NCBI GenBank assembly: GCA_051313645.2
Contig: JBNRSN020000014.1
Span: 34,348,001 to 34,412,000 of the forward strand
Source of the DNA: Centroscyllium fabricii
Lineage: Eukaryota
Reading direction: 5' to 3'
Length of the DNA stretch: 64,000 bases
The position numbers and the translations under genes are program-made. Below the pieces are notes generated by a model. It did no database searches, was not told where the DNA came from, and saw nothing but the letters and a program-made list of their open reading frames with translations. Positions 1-13,530 of this stretch are shown one piece after another. Positions within the stretch are counted from its first letter, which is position 1, and the number at the start of each line of letters is the position of its first letter.

Positions 1-650
1 CTGAAATGAGCTTCCAACCACACATCAGCGGAATAACTAAGCCTACCTATTTCCACCTCTAACATCGACGTCTCCGCCCTTGCTTCAGCTCATCCGCTGC
101 TGAAACCCTCATCCGTGCCTTTGTTACCTCTAGACTTGACTGTTCCAATGAACTCCTGTCTGGCCTCCCACATTCCACCCTACGTAAACTTGAGGTCATC
201 TAAAACTCCGCTGCCCGTGTCCTAACTCACACCAAGTCCTGTTCACCCATCACCCCTGTGCTCACTGACCTACATTGGCTCCCGGTTAAGCAACGCCTCA
301 ATTTCAAAATTCTCATCCTTGTTTTCAAATTCCTCCACGGCCTCACCCCTCCCTATCTCTGTAATCTCCTTCAGCCCCACAACCCCCCCGAGATATGTGA
401 TCCTCGAATTCTGCCCTCTTGAGCATCCCTGATTATAATCGCTCAACCATTGGTCTTACCTTCTGTTGTCTTGGCCCTAAGCTCTGGAATTCCCTGCCTG
501 AACCCCTCTGCCTCTCTACCTCTCTACCCTCCTTTAAGACACTCCTTAAAAACAACCTCTTTGACCAAGCCTTTGGTCACCTGTGCTAATTTCTCCTTAT
601 GTAGCTCGGTGTCAAATTTTTTATCTTGCAATACTCCTGTGACGTGCCTT
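1..650 (+). mobile_element. L2 LINE 3' portion, degenerate
   Basis: Encodes LI(R)AFVTSRLDCSN, AARVLT and LHWLPVKQR-FKIL motifs typical of the L2 ORF2 C-terminus, followed by 3' UTR. Confidence 0.8.
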
Positions 651-682
651 GGGACCTCCAGACCACTGCACGACCATGCTGC

Positions 683-1195
683 TTAGCGGGAACGTTGATG
701 GATAAACGGGTCTTGGTGTGGGTTAGGATATCGGCAGCAGAGTCTTGTACGTGCTGAAGTTTATGAAGGGTGGAAGATGGGAGGTCAGCCAGGAGATCAT
801 TGGAATAGTCGACTCTGGAGGTAACAAAAGTATGGATGCCGGTTTTAGCAGCAGATGAGCTGAGGCAAGGGCGGAAACGGGTGATGATGTGGAGGTGGAA
901 GTAGGCGGTCTTTTTGATGGATGGGATATGCGGTTGAAAGCTAAGCTTGGGGTCATGTAGGAAACCAACGTTACGAACAGTCTGGTTCAGTCTGCGATAG
1001 TGGCCACATCGAAGACTGCAGACTGGTTGAGAAGAATGAAGAGGGTTCGTGGATCTTGGTCACATGAGGTCATTTGTGACTTTGATTAGGGCCATTTGTA
1101 CTGTGGCAGGGATGGAAACCAGAGTGGAGATATTCAAACATGACGTTGCGGGAAATATGAACACAGATTTGGGAGGCAACAACACATTCAAGGAC
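683..1195 (-). mobile_element. L2 LINE fragment, degenerate
   Basis: Purine-rich; reverse complement resembles the 1-250 segment (gcagatgagctgaggcaagggcgga vs ccgcccttgcttcagctcatccgctgc). Confidence 0.65.
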
Positions 1196-1318
1196 GACTT
1201 ATTCCTTTTTCAAGTGATACTGTATAACAATATGTTTTTGGCATTTACAGTACTGAGAAATTTATCTTGGATACAATATGTACTTGTATCTGTTGTAAGC
1301 ATGTAGGAATTTGGGGTA

Positions 1319-1724
1319 TAGAAACATAGAAGATAGGAGCAGGAGTAGGCCATTTGGCCCTTCGAGCCTGCTCCGCCATTCAATGCGATCACGGCTGATC
1401 ATCCAAACCCAAACCCAGCACCCTGTCCCTGCCCCGTCCCCATATCCCTCGATCCCTATCGAGCCTGCACCGACACATATCCCACCCTATCCCGTAACCC
1501 CACATATTCAATCGCCCTAACACTAAGGGTTAATTTATCATGGCCAATCAACCTAACCCGCACATTTTTGGACTGTGGGAGGAAACCGGAGCACCCGGAG
1601 GAAACCCACGCAGACACGGGGAGAATGTGCAAACTCCACACAGATAGTACCCAAGGCTGGATTTGAACCCGGGTCTCCAGTGCTGTAAGGTAACAGTGCT
1701 AACCACTATGCCACCGTGCTGCCC
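1319..1724 (-). mobile_element. HE1-like tRNA-derived V-domain SINE, long-tail type
   Basis: Minus strand: GGGCAGCACGGTGGCATAGTGGTTAGCAC (A box), GGTTCAAATCC (B box), V-domain gtggagtttgcacattctccccgtgtctgcgtgggtttcctccgggtgctccgg, and a tail nearly identical to the CR1 3' end at 11761-11880. Confidence 0.9.
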
Positions 1725-4700
1725 TGTGCGGAAGAAGTGGCTTCCTCCAAGCATGCCCCACCACCCCATCGCTGTAAATACTGAATTTCTGACCATGGTA
1801 AGCTACACAGAGTTTAATTCTCAGAATGGCACCTAACAGCCTTTGTATTATAGATTCTCTCATCGGGGTACCACTCTGTGTGGAATGGCGTATCTGTACT
1901 ACAGAAAGAAAGACTCCTCGATATCGGTACTTGGAGTAGCAACATCGTGACACCATTGCACAGCGCTCAGCAAAAAGGCTGTTTTTATTGGTGCAAAGCA
2001 ATTTAAGGGGAAGCCTTTCCTACAAGATGAGAACAAGAATGGCCTTCGCTGCTTTCAATGCAATCCCTGCAATAAGTGCTTGATTTGGCACAGTAGAGAG
2101 TTGGGATGTGTCTGAAAGAGCATAGAAGATAAAAAGTTGGGGAAACCTGTTGTGGCAGCTGGTGAGATGATGCCAGTCCAGTCTGGACGACCCCCCCCCT
2201 TCAAAAAAAAAAAAAAAAAACAGCCACACTGGTTAGGAGAAATAGTGATGGGACATCAACTTGAAAGCTAATTCTAAAATAATTGGAGTTCAACCTTTCA
2301 ACAAAGAATGGAAGGAGGTTAAGGTTGTCCTCAGTGCTGGATAATGTCATGGTGACAGTTGATATCAATGGTGTGAGCTACATTGGAAGAATAATTGTAT
2401 CAACGTATCTCTTCTGATTGGGATGTCCTGGTGTTCCCTACAGAAGTAGGCTATGGATAAAAGCTGAGACTTGAGTTTGCTCAGTTCGCCTGATAACCAG
2501 GAATAGTGCCCAAGTGTTCCACTGAAAGGTAGCCAGAGTCTGGAGTACATCATTCAAACACCCTGAAGGTGACAATCTGGTTACTTGGACCTTGTCAGAG
2601 ACGACATCCACATCAAGTGACAGAGGCTGGTGGAAGCACTGACCCAATTTTTTAAAATATCAGACTGTTGAAGTAATTCCCCAGTCTGATTCCGAGAAGG
2701 TCCGTACATTAAACTACTGAAAAACTTGAAATCCTGAATATGTACAATATAATTTTTTAAAAGTTTTTATCTCATTGAGTTGTTACACTGATGTCATGAG
2801 TTGAATGACTGGCTGTTGCCATGGTCTTGGACTTGTGACATCATTCAGAGGACTAGTTAGCAGTGAACAGGAGCTGCTGTCATTGTGGCAGCCGTGAAGA
2901 TGTTGGTTATGGGTTTTGGTGGGGGACCCGGTTGCTGTTTGAAATGCCTCCACTACGAACTTGAAGAGCAACACAAAAATGCCTGTCTTGCATTTTGTTG
3001 ACTTTGTTGTGAAATTCTGTGTATTGGGTGTAAGTTTTGGAGCTATTTGATAATACTAAGTATTTTTGAAAAGGCAACTGAAAAGTCTAAAATGAAATGC
3101 TTTGTAATAGAAGTTCACTGGCGTGTTGGAAGGGCTCTGGGGGCAGCTGTCTACTGCCGGACAATGTGGCTTCATCCAGACCCCTCTGCTGCATTGGCCC
3201 ATAATCACCCAAGGGCTCGGCGAGAGCTGATGTTGCAGGGGTGATAGCTGTTTTAGGGCTCGCTAGTTCCCAGCGAGTGACATTTTCCTGATGTTGGGCA
3301 GTTCCATTTGGCTCCGAAGTTACAGTCCCCATTAAAACAAATGCAGCTGCTCCTGAACACCGATGACCTCTCCTGGAAAGCAGGTGGCCTGAAATGGCAG
3401 GAGGCAATTAAAGAAAAAGTTCTCTGTAAACTTTGCTTCCCCTTTTTGGAGTATTTTTATCCTACACTGTTCCTTTCTTGAAAAGAGAGCCATTGAAAAG
3501 TAAGGAGTCAGATAATCAGAAACCGAACAAGGCCTTCCTGTGAGCCAGATGGTGCGGGCGGGCCATCCAGCAACACATTTCCTGCAAAACGATGTTTCTG
3601 TAATTGTGTCACAATAATAAATAGAAGGTGGGAGAGGAAAGGCAGGGTAACTGAGGTAAGGTGCTGCTTTGTGTGTTCAGCTTAACCTCTGGGTAGCCAG
3701 GATTCCACTTCCTTATGACATAAAAATCAATCTGACAGGCTTTCAGGGGGAGTGGGCGAAGAGCTTCAACATTACACAACTGAAGATCCAGCCTCTGAAT
3801 ATTCTTAAATCCACTGGAAGGGTCACCTGTGCTATTGCCCCTGGTAACGGGCGATGAGCTGTCTTATGACCGGAGTGGTGTTCTATTTATGCACTGCATA
3901 GTATTCAGCTGCTGAGATGCAGCTGTGTTTAAGTTGGTCTGTGCAATGTCTCATTGCTTTAGTTAAATACAAGCGGAGATTAATTGTTTTAATTCCTGTT
4001 CAGAAGTCTGCACATGGAAAAGTTTTATGTAAATTTGTGCCTGAGTCAAGTGGGGTGAAACAGCATGAAAAGGAATACCATTTGTCTCTGTATATCGATA
4101 TAGATAATGAAATATTAATAGATAATGTAGACTGCTGATGATGAATAAGGATTCTGCTACTTTGGGAATAGACAGTAGAAAATGGGTCAATGCTGATGAG
4201 TTGAGTAAAAGCACAATGGCATATGAATGGGGTACTGCCAGATCTCTCTCCTAATAAGCTGGTGTTTGCCCTACTGCACCAAACACCGTGACAGCTTGGC
4301 ACAGAAGGTGTGTGCAGTATTGGGACAGTGGAACAGATTGCAGCTCCAGTCAGAGCAGCAAAACAAAAGCTGGTTACCAAATTCTCTCTCCACTATACCA
4401 AGTATGGTCAGCTTACAGTGCATTTTAGTGTGGTGTGTGTGTGAGAGAGAGAGAGAGCATATTTGAAACTTGATGCAGGTGACAAATGTTGTGTAGCTCC
4501 GTACAGTGCCGTAGACGTTCACTGCAAGCCCTCCCACAGTGACACTTGCTGCAGATTAATCGATTGCTGCGTAAAGCCTGCAGTGCTTGAGGGATGACAT
4601 ACTCATTGTTACAGGCATATTACAGCATCAGCTTATCTCCATAACTAGTCATAGGATTATGCCACTCTGAAAAGAATTGGCCTAATTCGAAGTCCATCCG

Positions 4701-4984
4701 TTAACACTATTGGCGCAGTGAGGATAATGTGGCACAGAGTGGCTGTCTCCCTGATTAGTCCAAGAAATGCATTTGGAGTTGGTCAGCTCTTGCTGCAGTG
4801 TGTACCTTCACTAAAAACTGTCTTCAGCACATTTGGCAACTAAGAGGGAGGGTTTCTGTGATCGGTGTCTGAAATTATGACTTGGGGAAGATTGAGTGAG
4901 GGATGATTTCAGAACAGACGGTGGATACTAAAGCATGTGGCAATACTATCTTAAATTTTTATTAAAATACAGTTTCTCAATTTG

Positions 4985-5665
4985 AGTCTTCCTGGGGGTT
5001 ACCATTGATCAGAAACTGAACTGGACCAGCCATATAAATACTGTGGCTACAAGAGCAGGCCAGAGGCTGGGAATTCTGCGGCGAGTGTCTCACCTCCTGA
5101 CTCCCCAAAGCCTTTCCACCATCTACAAGGCACAAGTCAGGAGTGTGATGGAATACTCTCCACTTGCCTGAATGAGTGCAGCTCCAACAACACAAGAAGC
5201 TCGACACCATTCAGGATAAAGCAGGCCGCTTGATTGGCACCCCATCCACCACCTTCAACATTCACTCCCTCCACCACCGGCGCACTGTGGCTACAGTGTG
5301 TACCATCTACAAGATGCACTGCAGCAACTCGCCAAAGCTCCTTCAACAGCACCTTCCAAACCTGCGACCTCTTCCACTTAGAAGGACAAAGGCAGCAGAC
5401 GCATGGGAACAGCACCACCTACAAGTTCCCCTCCAAGCCACACACCATCCTGACTTGGACCTGTATCGCCGCTCCTTCACTGTCGCTGAGCCAAAATCCT
5501 GGAATTCCCTTCCTAACAACATTGTGGGTGTACCTACACCATATGGACTGCAGCGGTTCAAGAAGGTGGCTCACCACCATCTTCTCGAGGGCAATTAGGG
5601 ATGGGCACTAAATGCAGGCCTAGCCAGCCAGCGACGCCCACATCCCATCAATGAAGTAAAAAAAA
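4985..5665 (+). mobile_element. CR1-group (Zenon-like) LINE 3' end
   Basis: Frameshifted IYKAQVRSVMEYSPLA...KLDTIQDKAGRLIG...WNSLP...FKKVAHHHLL; tail gggcaattagggatgggc...gccagcgacgcccacatccc followed by A-run. Confidence 0.75.
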
Positions 5666-5907
5666 CATGCCGAGAGGGCGGGGTGGCCCTGTTCCAGACC
5701 TATACCAATATCTGTCTAATCCCAGCTACAAGGAGGTGCATGAAGAGAGCCCAGGATATGAGATCGACCATTCCTTAGTTGTCTCTAAAGCTGAATTTGG
5801 TACTGTGAGGAGGTTTGCAGATTATTGAGACTCTGAACCCACTGCCCCCCTCATGCTTTACTTTCACAGGGTGAAGGGTTGTGCAATAGGGACATGGATA
5901 GAACGAT

Positions 5908-6182
5908 TTCTAGGCATAGTTTCAAGGTAAGGGGCGGGAGGTTTAGGGGGGATTTGAGGAAGAACTTTTTCACCCAGAGGGTGGTTGGAGTCTGGAACTC
6001 ACTGCCTGAAAAAGTGGTTGAGGCGGGAACCCTCACCGCATTTGGATGAGCACGAGATGCCATAACATACAAGGCTACGGACCAAGTGCTGGAAAATGGG
6101 ATTAGAATAGACAGGGTTTGATGGCCGGCGCGGACACGATGGGCCGAAGGGCCTCTTTCCGTGCTGTATTGCTCTGATTCTA
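5908..6182 (+). mobile_element. CR1 LINE 3' end (family B)
   Basis: Encodes F.QRVVGVWNSLP; tail gggccgaagggcctctttccgtgctgtat matches the reverse complement of 20850-21120. Confidence 0.85.
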
Positions 6183-7607
6183 TTTAAACACATTATCCTC
6201 AAGAAAGCAGTCAGCATCTCACCAATTCTACCACCTTGAAGAGGCTTGGGGAGAGTTGCTGGTGAAATTCTTTCCCCCTTTTGCAAAGCATACTTTTGAG
6301 GCTATGGGTACCTGGAAGATCTGATTAATTTCAGTGTGGGTATGTGGCCTGACTTTAAATGTTTAATAATGTCCGACTCTCTGGAACTCACTTCTAAGAA
6401 CCACTCCATCCTACCACCTCGTTTCCCCTTTCAAAATCCTCCCTTAAAACTCCAGCTGTGCTTTGTCTCCCTGTCCTCCAATCACTTGGCGTCTCGCACT
6501 CAACCCCTACCTCTCCCCCTCTGTAAAGCACCAGGACAGTCTGCATGAGGACGGTTGTGTATAAGTGGAGGGTGTGAAATCTCGCTTCCACCTACCTGTC
6601 GGTTGCACTCGAGAAACTTGGGGATCCGGATGAGTTAAGTGGAGAGCGTGTGGCCATGTGGTGGATGTGCAGACACACAGTCCAAGCAGTTTTGCGCAAT
6701 TGTTGCTTGGCTACTGGCCTGCATCAAAAAGAAATGTCGGTATTTGTTTAGCACTTTTCACACTCGCTTTCCGAAGCGCTTTGCTTCTTGAAATGCGGTG
6801 AGCGTTGTGTTGACTAATTGCACAGGAGCCCGAGATGAAGGTCAGCCGGGTGCTCGGGAAGCGTGTGGTTTACACTGAAACCGTTGGCAATTCTTGTTTA
6901 TGATGCTACCTAAGCTGTTTTGTTTCTGCATCGTGCAAGGCTGGGGAGTGTGTTGTGAGTGAACAGTTTTAAAAAGAAGCTGAAGATGGACTGTTTGTTC
7001 ACCACCTGGATTAAAAATAGACGGGAGAGGATTCTTTTGTGCCCGGAAATGCTCTTTGCGGAGGTTCCCATTTGTACCGCTGTCTTGGCAGCAATTCTGA
7101 AGCAATCTGGCTGCAATTTTGAAGCAATCTAGCATGAAGTGTGTGAAGTGACCGGACTAGATTGATGGGTCCTGTTTGAAGAAACTCGTACCTCCACCCT
7201 TCAAAAGAACCCCCCCCCCCTCGAAAATCTCGGGATATCCGGTTGCAGTAGGTTCTCTGTTCTCACACCAGTTTCTTTGAATTTCTTGACAAACTGAATT
7301 CTTGGCAATCTTAGCATTGCAACTTGATTTTAGAGTACAGCTCACACGACAATGCCGTGTTCAGGGAAGTCCCCGATGGTGACTGGCAGCAAGCTGTTCA
7401 GCAAAGGGAGAGATGTTGCACCTGAACCCCGCCCTGTCCCTGTTAACACCCACACATGTACTTCAACACTGGCTGCTCGCTAGCAACCTTTTGCTCTCCG
7501 CCTCTCATTCCCCCTCCAACCAGCCCCCTTCCTACCTTGGGGTCATTGAAAATCCCTACTGGCCTGATTTGAGAGCAGCTAATTTTTTCACTAGGCTGGA
7601 AATTGAA

Positions 7608-7900
7608 TCTCAATTCAATTCAATTAAATTTTATTGTCATTGCAGTGTACTAGTACAATACAACAAAACGAAGACTCGCCGCTCCCGAGAGTAGTGCAAA
7701 TAAGTTGCATACAATAAAGTACATTTCAGGTGTGCAGATACTGGAGTTTTTTGTTAGAGTTCAGGAGACTGACAGTCCTGGGGAAGAAGCTGTTCTTGAA
7801 TCTGGTCGTGCAGGTGCAAATTGATCTGTAGCATCTCCCAGAGGGCAGGGGGGCGAACAGACTATGGCTGGGGTGTGTGGGGTCTTTAATAATCTGGGAC
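7608..7900 (-). mobile_element. Rex1/Babar LINE 3' end
   Basis: Minus strand encodes IIKDPTHPSHSLFAPLPSGRCYRSI...RFKNSFFPRTVSLLNS*, then UTR ending caatgacaataaa..(gaatt)n. Confidence 0.8.
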
Positions 7901-8006
7901 CATTGGTACAGTATGTATGGTTCAGCTAGTCAATTCAATTCAAATCGCTTTATTGGCATAACAAGATACATCTTATGTTGCCAAAGCACAGAAAAAGGAC
8001 ATATAC

Positions 8007-8402
8007 GGCACGGTGGCATAGTGGTTAGCACTGTTGCCATACAGCACTAGAGACCTGGGTTCAAATCCAGCCTCGGGTACTATCTGTGTAGTGTTTGCAC
8101 ATTCTCCCCGTGTCTGCGTGGGTTTCCTCCAGGTGCTCCGGTTTCTTCCCACAGTCCAAAGATGTGCGGGTTAGGTTGATTGGCCATGATAAATTGACCC
8201 TTAGTGTTAGGGGGATTGAATATGTGGGGTTACGGGGATAGGGTAGGATATGTGTCGGTGCAGGCTCGATAGGGATCGAGCGATATGGGGAGAAGGCAGA
8301 GACAGGGTGCTGGGTTTGAATGATCAGCCATGATCTCATTGAATGGCGGAGCAGGCTCGAAGGGCCGAATGGCCTACTCCTGCTCCTATCTTCTATGTTT
8401 CT
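8007..8402 (+). mobile_element. HE1-like V-domain SINE, long-tail type, nested in the RTE-X-like 3' UTR
   Basis: Full head, V-domain and CR1 tail; candidate TSD atatac at 8001-8006 and 8403-8408. Confidence 0.9.
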
Positions 8403-8690
8403 ATATACAATTGAACATACAAACGCAGAACTAGACATAGTGAATTGATAACTATGCAAACGTATACCTATATACCCACATATAAATCTCATATACTCTT
8501 CTTAGCTTCAGTGGTCACTGGTTGTCCCTCTGCTTATGGCAAGCTGTGACGTAGTTTGCCGCTAATTTTATACAGTCCCTCTGTTCCCCCAATAGATATG
8601 GGCATTTTTGGTGGTCGTGCAAATTTTTGAATTCAGGGCATGTTTTTATGAATTTTGGGTAGAAATTCCCCCTTATGTCCTGATGGTTTT

Positions 8691-9127
8691 TGTTGAGTCT
8701 GTGTTATTTGGAGGACAATAACGACAGACACAGGTTAACGTTCCAACACTGGGTGATGTTTACTGTGCATGGTAAAATCACAACTTAACCTGTAGCGCTC
8801 ATCGCGCTAACATATATACATACAGGAGCTCACAGCAGGGCATAGCAGAACTGAAACAAACTACACACCTGAGCTTATATACACGATAGTGGTTGGTAAG
8901 GGTACTGCAGCCTGGTGGCATCACATGATGCAGTGCCAGTATCATCCTTAAAGGCACAGGCACCACAATGATGGCCTTGGTCACTCCAGTGTGGAACTAG
9001 AAGAAGTTATGCCTCAGCCAAGACTGGAATTGAGCACAAGCACTAGGATAGCACCGGGGTGATATAGAGAGGTGATGCAGAGGTAGAGTCTAGCATCATC
9101 ACATGTGTATGTTGTACATACACCACA
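8691..9127 (-). mobile_element. Solo LTR (437 bp)
   Basis: TG...CA termini and exact 5-bp TSD gtttt (8686-8690, 9128-9132). Removing it rejoins the host LINE frame (..LTTCEN|HQDIRGNFYPK). Minus strand has TATA-like TATATAAG and polyA-like AGTAAA. Confidence 0.8.
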
Positions 9128-9969
9128 GTTTTCACAAGTTGTGAGGAAATGCAGCTCTGTCTCCACTCCCTGACTGCAGTGAGAGCACAGCCTTTCCTAT
9201 CTGAGCAGCCAAGTAAGCCTGTCTGTGTCTGCCTTTTTCGATGGCTAGGCTATGCTCACTAAGTCTGTACATTGTCAGGGTTTTTCTCAGTTTGCTATTT
9301 TTCACCATGGTCAGGTAATCAGCCATGGTGTACGGTCTGTTTAGGGCCAAGTAACAATCTAGTTTGTTTGGGGATTTTGTCGTTTCTGTTCAGTATGACA
9401 AGTATTTTTCTCTTTGTTTAGTAATAATTGTGTTGGGTCGAATTCTGTGTGCTTGGATGTCACTGTGCTGGGGCTGGTTGTTACCAGTAGTGTTAGTTAC
9501 TTCGCTGAGTCCCAGGACCAGTTGGCTGAGGGGACTTTTCTTTATGTTCGCTTCTTGGCATTTCAGGGCTTTGTAGTGATAGCTGTGGGGGTTGCTCAAT
9601 TTTAGATGTTTCCAAAATTTGATGGCTCTTTCTTGGATATTAATTAATAGTGGATATTGGCCTAACTCTGCCTGCATGCACTGTTTGTGGTTTTCCTCTG
9701 AATCCAGAGGATACTTTTACAGAATTCAGCATGTAGGGTCTCAATTGGGTGTTTGTCCCATTTTGCAAATCCGTGGTGTTAGCAGACCCCACACCTCACT
9801 GCCATAAAGTGCGATTGGTTCAATTACTGATTTAAATTTTTTTATCCAAATGCCAATTGGAATTTCTATTTGGATTGACTTTTTAATGGCATAGAAAGCC
9901 CTTTTTGCTTTCTCTTTCAGTTCATTCACAGCCAAGTGAAAAGTCACTGGGTGAACTGGCGGAGTCGTC

Positions 9970-10267
9970 GTGAGGGTCACAGTCTAAGGATGAGGGGTAA
10001 GCCATTTAGGACAGAGATGAGGAGGAGTTTCTTCACCCAGAGAGTGGTGAACCTGTGGAATTCTCTACCACAGAAGGCAGTAGAGGCCAATTCATTAAAT
10101 ATATTCAAGAAGGTGTTGGATATATTTCTTCAGGCTAAAGAGGTCAAGGGATATGGGGAGAAGGCAGGGACAGGGTACTGAATTTGTATGGTCAACCACG
10201 ATCGCATTGAATGGAGGAGCAGGCTCGAGGTGCCAAATGGCCTACTCCTGCTCTTATCTTCTATGTT
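9970..10267 (+). mobile_element. CR1 (HER1-like, family A) 3' end
   Basis: GHSLRMRGKPFRTEMRRSFFTQRVVNLWNSLP; tail ...cctactcctgctcttatcttctatg. Confidence 0.85.
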
Positions 10268-10317
10268 TATCACAGCACCTTTAATGCCCATTGCCATGCA
10301 GCTGGGAATGGTCTGTG

Positions 10318-10460
10318 GAATAACAACAGAAAATGCTGGAAAAACTCAGTAGGCCAGGCAGCATCGGTGGAGAGAGAAACAGAGTTAACGTTTCGGGTCG
10401 ATGACCCTTCAACAGAACTGGGAGAGGCTTCCAGCATCCGCAGTATTTTGCTATCGTATT
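10318..10460 (-). mobile_element. Mini Penelope-like insertion (family 2) with degenerate hammerhead
   Basis: 11-bp direct repeat aatggtctgtg (10307-10317, 10461-10471). Minus strand agttCTGTTGAagggtcatcgacccGAAAcgttaact. The terminal tip ttccagcatccgcagtattttgct is on the opposite strand. Confidence 0.75.
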
Positions 10461-10721
10461 AATGGTCTGTGTGGTATTGGAGGGAGGGTGACAGTGTGGT
10501 GCTTTGTGTTGCAGGGGTGGCCGGCTGTGTTGTGTGGATTGGCAGTTACTGAGCATGTGCGCCTTTTGGAGCGCGATGTAAAGTATCGGGTTCAAAGGCA
10601 GAGTCTTCATAAAATCAGGCCTTTGAGAGGCCCTGGGATGTTTCCATGATCTGGAGAGCACTGAAGGCAGGGCTAGTCTTCACGTGAATGAACCGTGATT
10701 TTGGTTGCAGAAGAATAACTT

Positions 10722-11715
10722 ACAGAAACATAAGATAGGAGCAGGAGTAGGCCATTTGGCCCCTTGAGTCTGCTCTGCCATTCTGAGATCATGGCTGATC
10801 ATTGAAATTTAGCACCCTGTCCCTGCCTTCTCCCCATATCCCTTTAGCCTTAAGGAATATATCCAACTCCTTCTTGAATGTATTTAATGAACTGGCCTCC
10901 ACCGCCCTCTGTGGTAGAGATTTCCACAGGTTCACCACTCACTGGGTGAAGAAATTCCTCCTCATCTCAGTATTAAATGGCTTACCCCTTATCCTTAGAC
11001 TATAACCCCTGGTTCTGGACTCCCTGGCCATTGGGAACATCCTTCCTGCATCTAGTCTATCCAGGCCTGACCGCAATTTTATAAGTTTCGATGAGATCCC
11101 CTCTCGATCTTCTAAACTCCAGTGAGTATAAGCCCAATCGACCCAATCTCTCCTCGTACGTCATTCCTGCCATCCCAGGTATCAGCCTGGTTAATCTTCT
11201 CTGCACTCCCTTCATGGCAAGAACGGATCCCTGATTCGGACTGCAAGGGACCTATGCTTGACTTCACCAATCTTTTTCTCTTCACATGTCCATAGAAGCT
11301 TTTACATCAGTTTTTATGTTCCCTGAAAACTTACTTTCATAATCTATTTTCCCCCTCTTAATGAATTCCTTTGCTGAATCCTAAACTGCTCCCAATCCTC
11401 AGGTTTGCTGCTCTTTTTGGCCAATTTAAATGTCCTCTCTTTGGATCATATGGTATCCCTAATTTCCCTTGTTAGCCACGGTTGAATCACCTTTTGATTT
11501 TATTTTTGTCAAATTGGGATAAACAAATTCTGTAGTTCATTCATGCGATCTTTGAATGTTTGCCATTGCCTATCCACTGTCAACCCTTTGGAGTGACATT
11601 ACCCAATCAATCCTACCCAACTCGTGTCTCATACCATCATAGTTCCCTTTGTTTAAATTCAGGACCTTGGTCTCTGAGTCAACTACTTCATTCTCCACCT
11701 TAATGAAGAATTCTA
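10722..11715 (-). mobile_element. CR1 family A copy with a large internal deletion
   Basis: 10722-11224 is the 3' end; 11225-11715 is upstream ORF2 (KSF..VKRKRLV..GPLQSES region). Confidence 0.8.
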
Positions 11716-11760
11716 TCTGCTTCATTCTCCATCAAGAAAATGCCGGTAATACTCAGCATA

Positions 11761-13530
11761 AAAACATAGAAGATAGGAGCAGGAGTAGGCCATTCGGCCC
11801 CTCGAGCCTGCTCCGCCATTCAATGAGATCATGGCTGATCATCCAAACTCAGTACCCTGTCCCTGCCTTCTCCATATCCCTTGATCCCTCTAGCCTTAAG
11901 AAATACATCCAGCTCCTTCTTGAATATATTCAATGAACGCGCCTCCACCGCCCTCTGTAGCAGAGAATTCCACAGGTTCACCACTCTCTGGGTGAAGAAA
12001 TTCCTCCTCATCTCTGTCCTAAATGAGTTACCCCTTATCCTTAGACTATGACCCCTGGTTCTGGACTCTCCGATCATCGGGAACATTCTTCCTGCATCAC
12101 GTTTGTCCAGACCAGTTAGAATTTTATACGTTTTGATGAGATCCCCTTTCAATCTTCTAAACTCCAGAGAGTACAAACCCAGTCTACCCAGTCTCTCCTC
12201 ATACATCATTCCTGCCATCCCAGGTATCAGCCTGGTTAATCTTCTCTGCACTCCCTTCATGGCAAGAACGTCCTTCCTTCGATAAGGAGACCAAAACTGC
12301 ACACAGTACTCAAGGTGTGGTCTCAGCAAGGCCCTGTACAACTGCAGCAAGACCTCCCTGTTCCTGTACTCGAACCCTTTCGCTATGAAGGCCAACATAC
12401 CATTTGCCTTCTTAACCGCCTGCTGCACCTGCATGCTCACCTTCAGTGACTGGTGCACAAGGACACCCAGGTCTCATAGTACTTCCCCTTCTTCCAATCT
12501 ATTGCCATTCAGATAATAGTCGGCATTTCTGTTTTTGCCCCCAAAGTGGATAACCTCGCATTTATCCACATTATACTGCATCTGCCACGTCTCAGCCCAC
12601 TTGCCCAACCTGTCCAAATCATCCTGGAGCTTCCTGGTATCCTCCTCGCAGCACACACGCCCTCCCAGCTTTGTGTCATCTGCAAACTTGGAGACATTAC
12701 ATTTAGTTCCCTTTTCTAAATCATTAATGTATATTGTTAATAGCTGGGGTGCCAGGACCGATCCCTGCGGTACCCCACTAGTCACTGCCTGCTACTTGGA
12801 AAAAGACCCATTTACTCCTACTCTCTGCTTTCTGTCCGCCAACCAGTTCTCAATCCAAGTCAATACCTTGCCCCCAATCCCATGTGCCCTAACTTTACAT
12901 GCTAATCTCTTGTGTGGGACCTTGTCAAACCCCTTCTGAAAGTCTAAGTACACCACATCTACTGGTTCTCACTGATCAATTTTCCCAGTTACATCCTCAC
13001 AAAATTCCAGCAGATTAGTCAAGCACGATTTACCTTTTGTGAATCCATGTTGACTTTGTCCGATCCTGCCACTGATTTTCAAGTGCTCAGCTATTACACC
13101 CTTTATTATGGACTCCAGCATATTCCCCACTACCGATGTCAGGCTTACTGGTCTGTAATTTCCCGCTTTCTCCCTACCACCCTTTTTGAATAGTGGGGTA
13201 ACATTAGCCACCCTCCAATCCATGGGTACAATTCCCGATTCCATCGATTGCTGGAAGATAATCAGTAATGCATCCACTATTTCTGGGGCCACTTCCTTAA
13301 GTACCCTAGGATGTAGATTATCAGGCCCTGTGGATTTATCGGCCTTTAATCCCATCAATTTCCCTAACACCATTTCCCTGCAAATACGGATTTCTATCAG
13401 TTCCTCCCTTTCATCAAACCTTATGTTCCCCAATATCTCTGGGGGATTACATGTGTCCTCCTTTGTGAAGACCGAACCAAAATATGCATTTAATTGGTCT
13501 GCCATTTCTTTGTTCCCCATTATCACTTCC
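11761..13530 (-). mobile_element. 5'-truncated CR1 (HER1-like, family A) LINE with most of the RT domain, frameshifted
   Basis: ORFs 12969-13526 (KSTGPDNLHPRVLKE, NYRPVSLTS, QHGF), 12474-12785 (SGVPQGSVL, FADDTK), 11829-12458 (YRALLRPHLEYCVQFWSP). Confidence 0.95.

Larger units (their letters stand above)
7930..9950 (-). mobile_element. RTE-X-like LINE 3' portion, interrupted by a SINE and a solo LTR
   Basis: ORF pieces 9741-9980, 9390-9677, 9132-9350 (SVIEPIALYGSEVWG; AELGQYPL; LTMYRLSEHSLAIEKGRH). C-terminus AANYVTACHKQRDNQ* near 8515-8565; tail ...gccaataaagcgattt(gaatt)n near 7930. Clade assignment by recalled motifs. Confidence 0.7.

Noticed and set aside
8007-8080. tRNA genes at SINE heads
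   Set aside because: A/B boxes run directly into the V-domain and LINE tail in multiple copies, so they are SINEs.
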